Shown: positions 61,620-64,000 of the stretch, in pieces
Layout: the number at the start of each line of letters is the position of its first letter
How positions within the stretch are numbered: position 1 is the stretch's first letter
From: Dendrobates tinctorius
Lineage: Eukaryota
Assembly (NCBI RefSeq): GCF_039654945.1
Contig: NW_027361689.1
Coordinates: 31,744,001 to 31,808,000 of the forward strand
Length of the DNA: 64,000 bases
Direction: 5' to 3'
Position numbers and translations under genes: made by a program
The notes under the pieces: model-generated
What the model was told of the DNA's origin: nothing
The model's input: only the letters and a program-made list of their open reading frames with translations
Database searches by the model: none

Positions 61620-62892
61620 GAGCACTGGAGGGATTATGGCAGTCTTCCTGGTGGGCTAGAGCAGAGAAGGAGTAATGGTAACCTTCTTGGTGGTCTAAGG
61701 CATTGAAGGGATAATGTTAACCTTTTAACCTGATGGGCTAAGGCAATAAAAGGATAATAGTAATATCCCTGATCAGCTGGGGCAATGAAGGGGTAATGGT
61801 AACATCCCTGATGGTCTGGGGCAATGAAGGGGTAATGGTAACATCCCTGATGGTCTGGGGCAGTGAAGGGATAAAGGTAACATCCTTGTGATGGGCTGAG
61901 GCAGCGAATGGGTAATGATAACATCCCTGATGGGCTGAGGTAATGATGGGATATTGATAACATCTGTGATTCACTGGGGCAATAAAGGAATAATGATAAC
62001 ACACCTGATGTACTGGGGCAGTAAAGGGATAATGGTAGCATCCCTGTGATGGGCTGAGACAGTGAAAGGATAATGATAACATCCCTGATGCGCTGGAGCA
62101 ATAAAGGGATATTGGTGGCATCCATGATGTACTGGGGCAATGAAGGGATAATGCTAACACCTCTGATTGTTCTGAAGCAGTGAATAGATAATGATAACAT
62201 CCCTCTTGGGCCTGTACAGTGAAGGGATAATTATAACATCCCTGATGGGCTAAGGCAGTGAATGGATAATGGTGACACCCCTGATGTACTGGGGCAATAA
62301 AGGAATAATGGCAACAAACCTAATGGGATAGGACAGTTAAGGGGTAATGGTAACATTCCTGATGGATTAGGGCAGTGAATGGATAATAGTTTCACTTTTG
62401 GTGGACTACAGTAGTAAAGGGATATTAGTAACTTTCCTGGTGGACAACAGCAGTGAAGGGATAATGGTAACATTCCTGGTGGACTACTAGGGCACAGAAG
62501 GGATATTGGTAACATTCCTGGTGGACTAGGGCAGAGAAGGGATATTGGTAACATTTCTGGTGGACTATGGCAGTGAAAGGATAATGTTAACATTCCTGGT
62601 GGACTAGGGCGGTGAAGGGATAATGGTAAATTCCTGGTGGACTACTAGGGCACAGAAGGGATAATGGTAACATTCCTGGTGGACTACTAGGGCACAGAAG
62701 GGATATTGGTAACATTCCTGGTGGACTAGGGCAGAGAAGGGATATTGGTAACATTTCTGGTGGACTAGGGCGGTGAAGGGATAATGATAAGATTCCTGGT
62801 GGACTAGGGCAGTGGAGGGATAATGGTAAGATTCCTGGTGGAGTAGGGCAGTGAAGGGATAATGGTAACATTCCTGGTGGACTAGGGTAGTG
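61620..62892. repeat. Minisatellite, unit about 38-42 bp (gggataatggtaacattcctggtggactagggcagtgaa)
   Basis: Direct reading; more homogeneous in the right-hand third. Confidence 0.9.
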
Positions 62893-64000
62893 AAGTGCTT
62901 AATTTTTTGTGATTTGAGTACCTGGGCTGAAAACATCAGGATCCACTATAATGTCTCCACCATCTGTGGAGGTAGACTGCTCAGTATACGTCATCATCCG
63001 ATCTCAGAGCAGCTCAGTCAATGAAAGCGTCTGTGTGATAGGCTGACCAAGATGATGTATAGATTCTGTATAATCAGTGAGAAAGCTGTGTAGAGTATGA
63101 TAAATGCGGTCCGGCAAGAAAAGCAGGATACAACAGATTAGTGAATCACTTACAGGTGAATCTAATTCACATAGAATTTCACAAAGAATTCAGATTTTCC
63201 AGAATTTGATTTTTGTACAGTAAAACCTTTTACCAGCCAGCGGCCATTTTGCATGATTTAGGCGGGCCTGGAAGAGGTTAATCAAATAAAAAAAATTGAC
63301 CCTGTCTTCTTCACTCAGTCACGAGGCCGTCTTGGTCATTTTCCAGCATTTTTGGCGTCTCCTGCATTGGTTTAACACAAAATTATAACTTTGCAGCCAA
63401 ATCAACATAGATGACGCTGAAGATGACCCAGTGAAGACCTCATCAGTGACCAAACAAGATGACCGGACCAAGGCGGTGCCCCATAGTGACCAGAGATGTA
63501 GTGCCCGGTTGTGTTCCATAAACTCAAACGCACTGTTCAAGCCAAATTGCCTGATACATTTATCGGATGCATTCTACCACTCTCATTTACTATTACATTT
63601 TAGTGTTAAAAACATATTCACGAATTTTTGGACTCGATCAAATTCTGATTTTCCACCAAGTTCTCCACAAGTCAAAAGTTTAAGACACCCGTAACCTCCG
63701 CAATGGAATCCATCTGTCGTTTTAACATTGGCTTTGGTCACGATAGGATGACCTAATGTTGGCTTAAAGAAGTTTATCACTTGCTTCTCCCATTTCCAAA
63801 TCAGAAGATTTATTTTAGTACAGGGTGAAGAAAACATGCCAAGGACCTTGCCTCATAGCTCATAAGAGGGCTTGACAAATTGAAGCCACTTAACGTTATC
63901 TCGATAGAGTCCCATAGTGGCCCAGGAACTTCAGCCTTCATACTAACGGTCTAGTGTAAGAAAGTTCTGAGATATCATAATTCATGGTTTATGTTGGGTC

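Noticed and set aside
61634-62936. Pro/Cys-rich ORFs up to 188 aa
   Set aside because: They are translations of a ~39-bp minisatellite, with no splice or homology support.

Overview
This is vertebrate nuclear DNA; the repeat content points to a frog (inference). One host gene is supported: a cytosolic 5'-nucleotidase 1B-type gene (nt5c1b) on the minus strand. It has six coding exons from about 28185 down to the left window edge, all with GT-AG splice sites and consistent phases. The last exon runs off the window inside a 14-aa tandem repeat. An upstream spliced ORF ends on the ATG; it is either a uORF or a frameshifted N-terminal extension. The rest is mostly repeats: an intact DD36E (Incomer-type) Tc1/mariner element; a 31-bp satellite holding two tandem copies of a defective Ty3/Gypsy chromovirus; nested solo LTRs; a Tc1 (DD34E) relic stuffed with MITEs, a solo LTR, a CR1 LINE and an L2 LINE; a hAT non-autonomous element; Penelope-like hairpins; a Helitron 3' end; a tRNA-derived SINE; and several minisatellites. 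Several 300-450 bp featureless patches cut recognisable MITEs mid-arm and are flagged as possibly foreign, mis-assembled or artificial. I found no convincing wholly new biological system. All alignments and counts were done by eye.
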